Below, piece after piece: positions 1 to 11,903 of a stretch of DNA of 64,000 bases. Both the position numbers and the translations under genes were made by a program. The notes below the pieces were generated by a model, which did no database searches, had not been told where the DNA came from, and was given only the letters and a program-made list of their open reading frames with translations. Source of the DNA: Eledone cirrhosa (lineage: Eukaryota); NCBI GenBank assembly GCA_964016885.1, contig OZ024741.1:395188001-395252000 (forward strand), read 5' to 3'. Numbering within the stretch: the first letter of the stretch is position 1; each line of letters starts with the position of its first letter.

Positions 1-31
1 TAAAGAATCTTGCTAAACAAATTCAGAAACG

Positions 32-66
<35 letters not shown>

Positions 67-139
67 CATACATACACATTTATATACTCCGTCACTCCTA
101 TGTGGAAAAAGTACGTTGAGTGCTTGAATTGAAGTGCAC

Positions 140-1452
140 CAACAGTTATCTGGGTGTTCTGGAGGCAGAACAAAAAAATGAAGGAATTGATAAGATCTGA
201 ATACCTAAGGAGAGTAAGGAACATACTAAAATCACATCTAAATAGTAGGAATGTCATAAGTGCAGTAAACTCCCGAGCTGTGTCTATTATTAGGTACAGT
301 GCCGGAATTCTGAAATGGAATGTTACTGAACAAAAAGAAATGGATAGGAAGACTAGGAAGCTATTGACTATCTACAACATGTTCCACAAGAGGAGTGATG
401 TCGATAGACTCTACTTAAAGAGATCTGAAGGTGGAAGAGGTCTTATCAGCATAGAGGACTGTTTTCAGATGGAGAAAAACAACCTGCACAAATATGTGTG
501 ATAGTAGGGAGCCAATGCTCAATGTTATACTGAAGGAGAAGACAATAGACCAGGGGATGTCCAAGGAGGAAATAACAACAAAGAGGAAGAGCAGCCTTCA
601 TGAAAAATCCCTTCATAGCATCTTCTTTAAGAAAACGGAATTCAGAGATCCACAGACATGGAGCTGGTTAAAAAGAGGAGACCTAAAAAAGCTACAGAAG
701 GATTGCTAATGGCTGCACAAGAGCAAGCCCTCAGAACGAAGTGGGTGAATCATCATATTTACAAGGAGGAGGCTAGCTCACTGTGTAGGATCTGTGGAGA
801 GAGAGAGGAGACTGTGGCTCACATCATATCCGAACATAAACACCTAGCCCAGACCTACTATAAAGGCTGGAGGCATGATATAATAGGAAAGGCGATTCAC
901 TGGCATTTATGTAAGCTAAATAATTTACCACATTCTGAGGAGTGGTATGAGCATAAGCCAGAGTCGGTAATAGAAAACGATCAAGTGAAGGTGCTATGGA
1001 ATTTCAGGATACAGACAGACAAGAAATTAGAACACAGCAGGACTGACCTGGTGGTTTTTGACAAGGAAAAAAGATTTTGCCTGATTGTAGATGTAGCCTG
1101 TCCATTTGACACAAGAGTACCAGGAAAAGAGGAGAAAATTAACCGATACCAGGACTTAAAGTGGGAATTAAAAAGGATCTGCGATTGTCATGAGATCAAG
1201 GTCGTCCCAATTGTCATAGGAGCACTAGGTACTATCTCAAAGAGTTTTCAAGAATGGTTAAAGAATATTAGTCCAGCCCCCTTTTTTGGAACACTTCAAA
1301 AGGCATGCTTGCTGGGAACAGCAAGAACCCTCCGATACGTCCTGAATATCTGAGGTTGCAGGTAGTGGCTTGATATTCATTTGAACAAACTTTCCAGTTA
1401 AATAACATCAATGACTGAGACTCAAAGAACGAGAACAACAACAACAACAACA
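140..1452 (+). mobile_element. 5'-truncated, frameshifted R4/Dong-clade non-LTR retrotransposon (RT thumb, zinc knuckle, restriction-like endonuclease) with 3' UTR and (AAC)n/AAT tail
   Basis: ORFs 154-501, 494-709 and 658-1353 join into one protein. Motifs: DVDRLYLKRSEGGRGLISIED, AAQEQALRT, CRICGEREETVAHIISE, RHD, (P)DLVVFD..IVDVACPFD, K..RY.DL, VVPIVIGALG. A simple-repeat tail follows at about 1434-1458. Confidence 0.9.
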
Positions 1453-1721
1453 ATAATGGTTTCTTTATTGGCCACAAGGGCTAACATGAAGAAAAACATT
1501 AGAGACGGCACAGAACAGTACAGGACGATACAAAGTGGGTTTTGGTCGTGTAAACAGGTTATAACAAAATCGAGCTAGAAATAAAAAAAATTCAAACAAC
1601 AAAAATTCCCCCAAAAGGGGGAAACCTCCGAGGGTCACTCGTGGCGAAAACCACACAAAAACACCACGGCCACCCTGACCACCAGGGCAAGCACCCTCTC
1701 TCAGTTTTCCCACTCCTCAGT

Positions 1722-4709
1722 CTACAGGCACATACTCAGAGCGGTCCCGTTCACTCGGACCAGACTCGCCACTTTCACCCACCTTTCAACAAACTTACTA
1801 GAACACAGCACTTGTCTCTCCACCCTGATTTTCCTCTTCAAGTGAAATTTGAAAAAGTTAATCAGGGATTCGCCGGAGAGGAAAGTGTCCGTTTTCAACC
1901 CTTTCAACCTTGTCCACCTCACAATCTCTTTCGCCATGGCCACCAAGGAGGATGGCGGGGCTATCTGCACAATGGACTCAGTCGATAACTGGATCCGTCC
2001 TACACGTGACAGCAGCTGTTCGACATAGCTCCACAAGTCAGCAATCCTCGGGCACTGAACGAGTGCGTGCAGGACGGTTTCGTCGCCCTGCGCGCATCTC
2101 GGACAGGCTCGGCTGACAGCACCTCCATGCCTGTAGAGCTTATCCCGAACCAGCAACGCTTCCCGGTAGCACTGCCAGGCCAGGGGTTTCTGGAAGTTGT
2201 CCATAGGTCCCAGGCTGAAAGTTCTCTTGAAGAGAGCGAACAGCTGATCGTCTTCGACGCCCAGGGTCTCCCCGAGAACGTTGTTGCTCTTTCCCTCCAC
2301 TAGCTCTCTGTAGAACGCCGAGGTGGATGTTCCACCGATACTAGTGCCCAGCTGGTAGAGGGCGGTGAGCGCTTGGAGACATTCCAGCTTCCAGGCGCTA
2401 TCCCTTGGTCTTTTCCTGATCCAGGACTGCAGCTCTGCCAACGAGACGAGCTGGGGTAAAACGCGTCTGGCCTACGGCGACCACACCTGTTCACCGTCAA
2501 GGAAGCACCAAAGATGTCGCAGCCTCAGCGCATGTTTGCGCATCATCAGCCACGGCATGCCTAGTCCTCCACGCAACGGGTGTTGACAGCAAATGGATCG
2601 TCTGACCATGGGAACACGTCCCTTCCACAAAAAGCGGAAGAGAAGGCGCTCCATTTTGGTCAGAGTTGGGCGGGGGCAAGTTACGATGGTCAGGCGGTAG
2701 CAGATGACGGACGCTCTGTACGCCCAACGCCCCACGATGCTGTCGGGTGGCATGAACTTGCCTCTCCAGGTGCCGAGCTGCAAGCCCACCGACTTTTCCT
2801 GGTTTAACTTTGCTTCTGTCACTGCTTCATATTCCTTGAGAGTGGTGACGAGCATCTTGACATGTCTCGTGCTTGACACCACCATGGTGACGTCGACGGC
2901 GTAAGCTGACACGGATCTCCCGCATCCCAGTTCGCGTAGGACCTCCCTCATCGTCTCCAATTTGTGCAGTAATGGTTCGAGGGCCAGTACGTACATGAGG
3001 GACGAGAGGGGGAAACCCTTGCGGACCGAGCGCATGATGCTGAAAGGCTGCGACAGGTGACCATTCACCCTCACAATCGAGCAGATCTCGCTGTGCATCG
3101 CAGCGATCCAGCCCCTAAAAACGGGCCCGAAGTCGGCCGCCTCGAGCATCGCAGCCAGGTACCGATGGTCGACCCTATCAAATGCTTTAGATTGATCCAA
3201 GTTTATCAGAGCTCCACTCGTGCCAGGTTCCTTAACCACTCTCTCTATGATGTATCGCATGAGATGGAGGTTGTCGTGGATGGATCTGTCCGGAATGGCG
3301 CATGTCTGCGCCTCTCCCACCAGATCACCGACGACAAGCGCCAATCTCTTTGCTAACACCTTGAACAAAATCTTAAACTCTGCCTTTAGCAAAGTTATGG
3401 GCCTGAAGTTGTCTATAACGTCCCCCTTGTTCGGGTCTTTTCTCAGCAGCGCCATGCCCCCGTTCTGCTGCCAGTTGCAGTAGACATCTGCCAAGAGGTC
3501 GCTGAACAAGCCTGGCATATACGCATAAAGCTCGTAGGGCAGACTATCCAAACCTAGCGATTTACCCCTCGTGCAGTTAGGCATCGCTTCCCGTATTTCA
3601 CCTGCTGTTATCGGCTTTTCGCAGCACTGCGCTGCGGTCGTCGACAGTCCGTCGAGGTTTTCACCGAAGTCCATACTCCGAACCAGCCTGCCGCCGCTCC
3701 TGAACAATTGAGCAAAGTGCCGTTGAAGAATTGGTCGAGTGCCAATCTCGCCGCAAGCACGTCGGTTGTGATGCCTGTCCTAAACGCCTCTTCTAGCTTT
3801 CTAACTAGCTCTCCTTCTACTCTATTTTCCTCTATCACAACTCCTTTGCTAAACCTTATCGATTCTACTCTAATAGCCCTTTTCAGGGTAAACCACCACC
3901 TGTTGTTGACGATCGCACCCGTCAACACACGCTTAGCTAATTCGCTAATCTGGTCTCTGTAAGCTTTGCGCGCCGGGAACAACGCGTTCAGCTTCCAGTA
4001 GCCGGGTCCTTGCCTATTGAGTCTATCTAAGTCAACTTCATAGATCACAAATTTGTGGTCCGTGTAGTAGACTACTTTAAATTGTGGACAACCTACACGA
4101 GTCTTATCTGTTACCCTACAGAATACCCTATCTAAATACGATCTGGATGACCCGATGCGGTTTGCTCATGTCCCCATTGGCACATTCGGATAATCCAGTC
4201 TATACCTTTCAGACAGTTAAAAACATCTGAGCAGGTTGTTGAGGCTTTTACACCCTCCTGCCCTGTCTACTAGCCCCACATAATCCCATCGTGCATCTAA
4301 GATACCGTTCCAGTCGCCCACTAACACTAAAGAGCGGGACGTTCCAAGAAAGGTCTCTAGACGTCTGAAGAAATCTGGCCGTCCTGCCCCTGTTGGGGTG
4401 TATACGGCTACTAGCCTGAAAGCATTGCCTTCGCTGCCGGTCACGTCCAGCACCACCGACTTACCTTCTGGGTCCAGGAAGATGACCATTATGGCGAGAT
4501 CCAAGCCTCTCCGAAAAAGCACGGCTGGGAGATGCGTATATATCGTAGCCGCCGAAGATCGGTGCGAAGGCTTGTGCTTCAGAGATTCTGGTCTCGCTGA
4601 TGGCCACCACATCTATGTTTAGTGACCTGAGGTCGTTGAGCAGGTGGACCTGTTTCCATGACGACCCCAGGCTACGCGCATTTATGCTGCCTATTCTGAA
4701 TAAGGTCAT
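1722..4709 (-). pseudogene. Tx1-like ORF2 (APE endonuclease plus reverse transcriptase), broken by frameshifts and deletions
   Basis: Collinear minus-strand ORF fragments 4461-4709, 4217-4612, 3608-4048, 2472-3707 and 1722-2441. Confidence 0.9.
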
Positions 4710-5223
4710 GTTGAAAAGGAGTGGAAAAAGATGGGAAAGACCACTTACCTCACTTCTTGTGGAGGAAGGATGGTTTTTCCGTCCTTCTCACGGTTTGTGG
4801 CCCCCTCCGGAAGGATGTCTTTATAAATCCTCCTGGAGAGTATTTGTCGGAAGTCTCCGATGTCCTTGGGGAACTTTAATTTTAGTGTCGTGTACGTTTT
4901 CTGTGTGATGCGAGTGATTTGTATGTGTGGGGTGGTGTGAATTTGTTGGGTGTTATATAGTCTTTTTCTGTGATGCTGGTGTTGTGTTGGATGTAGTGTA
5001 ATAGTTGGTTGTTTTCAAATTTAATGCTGTGTAGTGTGTATCGTTTTGGTTGCTTTGTTTTGTTTGCGTTTGTTGTGGGTTTGTTTCTGTTTCGCTTGTT
5101 GGTGATTTTTGTGGTGTTGATGATGGTGGTGTTGAGGTTAATGATGGTGATGATGATGGTGTTTGTGGTGATGGAGCTGGTGATGCTGGTGTGGATGGTG
5201 GTATAGCTGTCTTAACTTTTTTG

Positions 5224-6408
5224 TTAGCTTGTTTGTTTCGCCCTGCATTTTGTTTTTAGAGGACAAAGAAAGAGGATTTTCTTTTTTCCAGTTACAGTTT
5301 CCCACTCCTCATCGTCACAATCTGTCTCCAGTTGCGATAATTCGGGGAGTGGAAAATCCTCCACATGCGTTGGTTTTGGTTGTGGCGTGGTGGATGGTGG
5401 AGGCGCTGGTGCTAGTTCTGGCGCGATGCGTGGTAGTGGTGTTGGTTTTGCTACTGTTGCTGCTACAGTTGCTGGGGTTGTTGCTGCTACCGTTGCTTCT
5501 GTTGTTGCTGCTACAGTTGTTTCTGCCATTTATGCTGCTGGTTTTGATGGTTGAGTAACTGGGGTGGGTAGGAGAGGTGGCCTCAACTTTTTAGCCTGAG
5601 GGCAGAAAGCCTTTAGGTGGGTTCCTTCGCCACAAACAACACACCTAGGCCTTCTATCCGCAACGATTACGGTGAGGTGGCTGCCGTCATTGAGGTCTAT
5701 CACCTCTGGAATTTCCTGTATGTTTTTGACCCTGTAACCATATTTTTTTACCATTCGCTTGGCTTCATTCAATTCTTCCCGGCTTACCTCAACCGCTTCA
5801 TTTATGTTTGCCGCTTTAGCAAACGACACATTTGGTTTTGCGCTGGTGTTGATGTTGTTGTTATTCTTATTGTTGCTGTTGTTGTTGTTATTGTTATTTT
5901 TGTTATTATTATTTTTAGTTTCTGTTGTGGTGGTGGTGGTGGTGGTGTCAGTGGCGTTCAGCGTGAAAGAGTCAATTTTCGGAGAATCCATTTCGATATC
6001 ACGAGAAAATAATTTATTTTTTGTTTCAGTTGTTGCTGTGGTAGTGGTGGTATCAGTGGTGTTGGTTGTTCTTTTTGACATTGTGGTGGTGGGAATGGCG
6101 GTTTTAACACCTGTAGACGTTGGTAATGGCGCGAAATCCATGTTTGTATGTGACAAATCTAAATAATTGCCATTGCTATTACTTATATGTTCAGTGTTGG
6201 CATTTTTTTCTGTTATCTGTATTTTGGTTGTCGCTGTTATTTTTGTAGTTGATATAGTAATTTTTTAAAAATTAGTGTTCTCAGTGTTGTCTTTGTTTAC
6301 GTTGTTTGTGGTGGTGTTCGTTGTATGAATTTCTGTAAACCTCCTCTCAACTTTTACGGCGTTGTCACACGACAGCAGACATATTGCTGGGGGGCTTGAC
6401 TCAGCCAT
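5224..6408 (-). pseudogene. Tx1-like ORF1 with CCHC knuckle and Thr/Asn/Pro-rich low-complexity regions
   Basis: ORFs 5530-6156 and 5224-5529, with a CX2CX4HX4C motif upstream of ORF2. Confidence 0.75.
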
Positions 6409-6608
6409 GTTTTTATTTTTATTTTTATAAGTAAAATGTTCAAATATTGTTCAAATATTTGGGCCAAAAGATTATACTTTCCCCTTCACAGGGCAAAGAC
6501 CAAGGGCTTATATCCCTTACACAACAAGAACAATTAAACAACAAATAATTATAACAGGTAAATAAAGCGACTTACAGGGAGCGAGCAAAAAGACGTCCGA
6601 ACAGACCA

Positions 6609-6803
6609 ATAATAATAATTGTTTCTTATATAGGCACAAGGCCAGCTTTTTTGGCGGAGGGGAAAGTCGATTAAATCGACCCCAGTGCGTGACTGGTACT
6701 TTATTTTATCGACCCCGTAAGGATGAAAGGCAAAGTTAACCTCGGCAGGATTTGAACTCAGATCATAAAGGACCGTAACTCTATGCTGCAAAGCATGGCG
6801 TCC
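6609..6803 (-). mobile_element. SINE of an abundant family (Octopus-like, recalled), with (ATT)n tail
   Basis: Core ggcacaaggccagc...ctggtactttattttatcgaccccgtaaggatgaaaggcaaagttaacctcggc..gatttgaactc recurs at 43.8 kb and 53.9 kb, and inverted and degraded at 23.3 kb. A B-box-like GAGTTCAAATCC lies on the minus strand. Confidence 0.85.
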
Positions 6804-6820
6804 ATAATAATAATAATAAT

Positions 6821-9327
6821 GGTTTCTTTATTGGCCACAAGGGCTAACATGAAGAAAAAAATGACACACGACACAGAACAGTACAGGACGAAACAAAGTG
6901 GGTTTTGGCCGTGTAGAAAGGTTATAACAAGAAGATAGAAATGTGTAAAAACAAATTAAAAAAATTTAAGCAACAAAAATTCCCCCAAAAGGAGGAAACC
7001 TCCGAGGGTCACTCGTGGTGAAAACCACACTACAGACCACGGCCACCCTGACCACCAGGGCAAGCACCCTCTCTCAGTTCTCCCACTCCTCAGTCTACAG
7101 GCGCATACTCAGAGTGGGCCCGTTCACTCGGACCAGTCTCGCCACTTTCACCCACTTTTCAACAAACTTACTAGAACACAGCACTTGTCTCTCCACCCTG
7201 ATTTTCCTCTTCAAGTGAAATTTGAAAAAGTTAATCAGGGATTGGCCGAAGACAAAAGTGTCCGTCTTCAATCCTTTCAACCTTGTCCACCTCACAATCT
7301 CTTTCGCCATGGCCACCAAGGCAGATGAAAACTGCCTGCCCTTCCTCCTCCTTAAAGGAGGATGTCGGGCTATCTGCACAATGGACTCAGTCGATAACTG
7401 GATCCGTCCTACACGTGACAGAAAATGTTCGACATAGCAGCTCCGTTAATGAGACGAGCTGGGGAAAACACGTCCGGCTAGCAGAGTAAAGGCCCCACCT
7501 TCACTATTGCTCACGTCCAGGACCACCAACTTACCATCCGTGTCCCGGAAGATCGACCTTGCCTCGAGATCCAGGCCTTTCCTAAACAGCACTGCCACCC
7601 CACCTCCAATTCCCGGCCGACTAACAGATGCGAAGATCTGATAGTCGTCGAACATAGAGGCTAGTGTGTGCGTGTCTGAAATCCAGGTCTCGCTGACGGC
7701 AATTACATCCATTTCTAGAGACTTGAGGTCGTTGAGCATGTGACCCTGCTTCCAGTGCGACCCCAGGCCTCGAACATTTAAAATTCCTACTCTTAATATG
7801 GCCATGTTGGTCAGAAAAAATGAGTAAGAGAGGGTTACTTAACCCCGGGCTCTTGTGAAGGTCAAATGGTTCGACCTCCAAAGTTGGTGGGGTTCCTTTG
7901 GGAACCCCTTTAAAAGCCTACCTGAGGCTTTTACACTGGGTGTTTCCACGTCGTTGGGAAAGCTCTCCCTAATTGTTTTGTAATTGTCTAATGGCATCTG
8001 CAGCAGCAAAAGTGTTTGTGACACTTTGAAGGTGTAGTTGCTAAATGCCTTCTAATTCCTTCCTTTGTGTTATGAGGTTCATCAATTTTTTGTTTGATTT
8101 TCTAACTTAACACGAAGTTAGATATTGTGGTTGTGAGTTGTTGCTGTGTGTGTTTTCTTTTAGTTGTTTGTGTTAGTGGTTGTGTTGTTGGTGAAGGTGG
8201 TGTTTGTGTTGACGGTTGTGTTGTTGCGGGGGTGGGTGTTGTAGTATGTGTGTCTATATTTGGTGCGAGTGTGTCTTCTTTGTTTGATGTTGCTTGTATA
8301 AGATTTCTTCATGTGTTTTCTTTTTTCAATTTTCGGTTTTTGGTGTTCCTCCCCATCCTTGCTCAGTGATGAAGAGGTTGCTGTGTTTGTATCAGATGTA
8401 AGTGGGAGTGTGTCTATGGGTGTGTGTGTTTCAATGTGTATGTGTGTGTTCGAGAGTGAGGAGTGGGAGAGCTTCTTTGGAGTGGCCCCTGGGTGGTCTT
8501 GGTGGTCTTTGCAGTTGTTGGTTGTGGCTGTTGCCGGTGGTATTGTTTGTTTTGCTGGAACTGTCGCTGGTGCTGCTGCTGCAGAATTTGGTGTTCGTGC
8601 TGTTGTTTTTGACGGTTGCGGTTGTTGTTGAGGCCCCGGCGTCGGCACCAGCGGAGACTTTCGGTCCCTTGCATTTTTCAATAGCTGAGGGCAGAAGGCT
8701 TGCAAGTGTGTTGTTTCATCGCAAACGAAACAGTGCGGCCTTTTGCCCCAGTCCTCATTTGTAGAACTGTATCTCTAGATCAACCCCGGACCAGTCCTCT
8801 CTGTCTGTTCTTGTTACCTCTATTGGGACGGCATCTGTCCACTCCACAATCATGCATCCCAAGAGCAACCACATATCTAATCCTGGTGGAATCCTGGGAA
8901 TGCGAACTCTAACACTTCTTTTTCCCATGTGGGAGGGGTACATTATAACCTTGCTGGTTCTTCAAGGGGTCATCGCATTCTTCAAAGCGAGGGCTTCCGA
9001 CTTAAACAGCACCGAGATGGAACTGTATTGCCTACCACTCGCTATATATTCTGTTTCGTCTCTGATGCACCTCAGCACAGCCTCGATGTCTGCTTGGGGA
9101 ATGTTGGTGGCTTTTTTGTCTCAGCTGAGATGCATCTAAAGACCAGAGTTCTAATCTCCACTGCCTCCATGGCCTCTGCTGGGACAGTTAAGTTGGCCCA
9201 GGTATGCTCCTGTTTTATGAGTTTCCATGGCTGGGCCAGCTTTTTTTCTTTGTCCGTCAGGTCCCTGCTAAAGCATAGCCTTTTCTTAGCTGCTGCCGCA
9301 GCGAAAGATTTTTCTCTATGTTGTCGA

Positions 9328-9358
<31 letters not shown>

Positions 9359-9710
9359 GGTGGTGGTGGTGGTGGCGGTGTTGTCGTTGGTATTGTGGTT
9401 TCTGTTGGTGTTGTTGTTTTTGTCGCTGCTGTTGTCGCTGTTGCAGTTGGTTTTATCTTTGGTGCCGCTGTTGTTGTTCTCGGTGCAGTTAGTTTTGTTA
9501 CTGTTGGTGTTGTCGCTGTACATGTTCTTGTTGGTGGTGTTAATTTCATACAATCTGCCTTTCATTTTGAGGGGGAAATCTTTTGTAGTTAACAGCGGTT
9601 GTAGCTACCTGAACTTTTTCGATCCCATTCTCACTCTGGCTACTGTACTTTCAGAAGACATACCTCCACTGCTAATTTGGTCATCCAATTATCAGAAGAC
9701 ATCAACTACT
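6821..9710 (-). mobile_element. Second Tx1-like LINE with most of ORF2 deleted
   Basis: The 3' part 6821-7465 closely matches 1459-2030 plus a patch near 2440-2460. An APE N-terminus (7446-7805) is joined directly to it. ORF1 fragments at 8160-9565 include RSVRVRIPRIPP and CFVCDETTHLQAFC. Confidence 0.88.
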
Positions 9711-9759
9711 TTTACAGACGCTTCTGAGCATTTAATGGGGCTGTTTACTGCTCCTGTAC

Positions 9760-10205
9760 ATTGACCATGTATAAAACCTACGCTCTTCACTAAGTTGCAT
9801 GAGATCTCTCTACCTCTCTTGTGTACCCATAGTTTACATTTGGAAAATAGGATGGAATTTTAACCCACTATTTTCCTACACACCGAGCAAGACCATTTCC
9901 CTGAAAAGATTTGGGCTTTGTTTTTCTTTCTACTTATTAGGACTTTAATATTTGCCAAGTTGACTTTAAGACCTTTTGCTTCCAAGCTATGTTTCCAAGT
10001 TTGGAATTTCTTCTCTAATTCAGCCATAGATTTGGCTATAAGGGTTATGTCTTTGGCGTATAAGAGTTCCTATGAGCAGCCAGTCTTAAACTCTTCCATT
10101 ATAGCCTGCTGGACGATAATAAACAGGAAATTGCTTGCATGCTAAATTCTTCACAATAACCATAGTTAATTCTAACCTTACTGACTACTTGTACAGAGGA
10201 GCAGT
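9760..10205 (-). mobile_element. RTE-like LINE RT fragment
   Basis: Minus-strand reading gives LEAKGLKVNLA, GKWSCSVCRKIVG and CKLWVHKR, matching the RT C-terminus and Cys-rich insertion of RTE-like elements. Confidence 0.65.
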
Positions 10206-10910
10206 CAGCAGCTCAACAAATTAAGAGATTAAGAGCTGTTGTTATATACAAATATGAGGTATCAAAACATATCAAATATTTTTGTGCTTCTCAATAAAAA
10301 AAAAGCTCAATAGACTATGTTCAGAGCTATAATAATTCAAAATTAAAATATATATATATATATAGAGAGAGAGAGAAAGGATCATATATCCAAGAGAACA
10401 CACAATATATTGTATATATACGAAGGACATATATAATAGCTCTGAATCTCTTAATTTATTGAGCTGCTGTGACTTAAATTTCCGTACCTCTTTCTAGCGG
10501 AATAAACGTCCACTTTTGTTTATATCTCTTGCCTTGGGTTGAACGTAATTACACCATACTTCTTTATCTTGGTGCTAGTTTGTTGAATTTTCCTCTCTAT
10601 ATAAACAAGTATATTGTATCATATACTAATTTCCAACTGTATTTTGTTCCATTTAGTACAGTAGATGATTGCCTCTGATGATTGTCTTGCATCTCCCATA
10701 AAAATCCATAGTTTGTGATCAATGATCGATTACATAGATCAATTTTAGGTTGTGGCTCTACAAGGCATGGAATAGCGCTATCAGGAAATTTGTTGATTCC
10801 ATCTCATCTGAAGTACATATTTTTCTTTGAAATCTGTGCTTTGCATATATACAATATCTTGTGTATTTTCTTGGATATATGGTCCTTTCCCTCTCTTTCT
10901 ATATATACAT
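10205..10910. mobile_element. Non-coding Penelope-like pLTR remnant with short inverted copies
   Basis: 10360-10432 is an inverted copy of about 10832-10905, and 10205-10240 is inverted at 10436-10474. It contains the hammerhead motif and is bounded by TA tracts. Confidence 0.5.
10667..10790 (+). ncRNA. Hammerhead-ribozyme-like motif (type I) with very long stem II
   Basis: Stem I gattgcct/aggaaatt, CTGATGA at 10675, stem II base tgtcttg/caaggca, core GGAA (GAAA variant), palindromic stem III atagcgctat, cleavage triplet ATC. Confidence 0.6.
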
Positions 10911-10925
10911 ATATCTTTTAATTTT

Positions 10926-11025
<100 letters not shown>

Positions 11026-11615
11026 GCAATATCTGTAAGTGTGATAAGGAAAACGGATACAGTGCTTAATTGGGAAGAGAGCAGAAATATATTATTTATG
11101 TTCATACACGAACAAAAGTGCTAACCAGAACATTACAAGGTTTTCATCAAACAATAATTATTTTAACTCAAAGAGCGAGCATTTTAAAAGATGCCTCTAT
11201 CTCAAAACCCAACTACTTGCTAAGTGGAAATACTCAACAAATTTGATTTATATGCTTCCGTTATATCTTTTCTTTCTCTTTCCACACTTACATAATACAA
11301 TACACTTTCTATGTTACTCTACTCCATACCTTAATGAACATTACCATATTACATTCCACCACATAATACTATACTTCTGTTATAGCATACAAACACTAAC
11401 ACATGAATGATCTCGCTTTACAAATGTACATCTTGGACTCATTTCCCTTTGTTATAAAATGTTTTTTCATAAACTAGCGTTTTAACATGCATTTCTTTTA
11501 ATGGTATCTTATAAACTCATATAAGAACCTGAAGATAGGTTACAATGTTGATGTCTCTTTTATTCTGAAGGTGAGGTCAATATTGCGCCTTGAATCCTTG
11601 GGTAGCGCTGTATTT

Positions 11616-11626
11616 ATATATATATA

Positions 11627-11705
<79 letters not shown>
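11616..11705. repeat. (TA)n microsatellite
   Basis: Read directly. Confidence 0.98.
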
Positions 11706-11709
<4 letters not shown>

Positions 11710-11843
11710 GTGTTAAACGATATTCAATGATTATGTCAAAGAATGAGTTTTACAGTAGATTGGAAGTATTCTACGGAAAATAATTTTCTGGAGTTATTAA
11801 TATTAAAATATAAATATTAATAAAATAGATGTTCTTTTGATCA

Positions 11844-11903
11844 ATTACATTTTATACATATTTCGGATGTACAACAGTACGTCCTCATCAGACAAAATAT
11901 AAT
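11844..11903 (-). ncRNA. Hammerhead ribozyme motif, inverted copy of 14075-14137 with a 3-nt deletion at the cleavage site
   Basis: Reverse complement reads attatattttgt CTGATGA ggacgtac tgtt gtacatcc GAAA tatgtataaaatgtaat. Confidence 0.7.

Larger units (their letters stand above)
1459..6608 (-). mobile_element. Near full-length, decayed Tx1/L1-clade LINE (ORF1 gag-like, ORF2 APE-RT-zinc finger)
   Basis: ORF1 starts near 6408 and contains CVVCGEGTHLKAFC. ORF2 starts at 4709: APE (SINARSL, ISET, LVGDWN, DH), GPGYWKLN, RT (NFRPITLL, LDQSKAFDRVDH, decayed QG.PLS and YADD) and a C-terminal CPRC..ETVLHALVQC. The 3' end reads AATAAAGAAACC then ATT repeats; the 5' end GGTCTGTTCGG abuts (TTA)n. Confidence 0.92.

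Noticed and set aside
5009-9764. Plus-strand hydrophobic poly-Val/Leu/Cys/Trp ORFs
   Set aside because: They are antisense readings of Thr/Asn-rich Tx1 ORF1 sequence.
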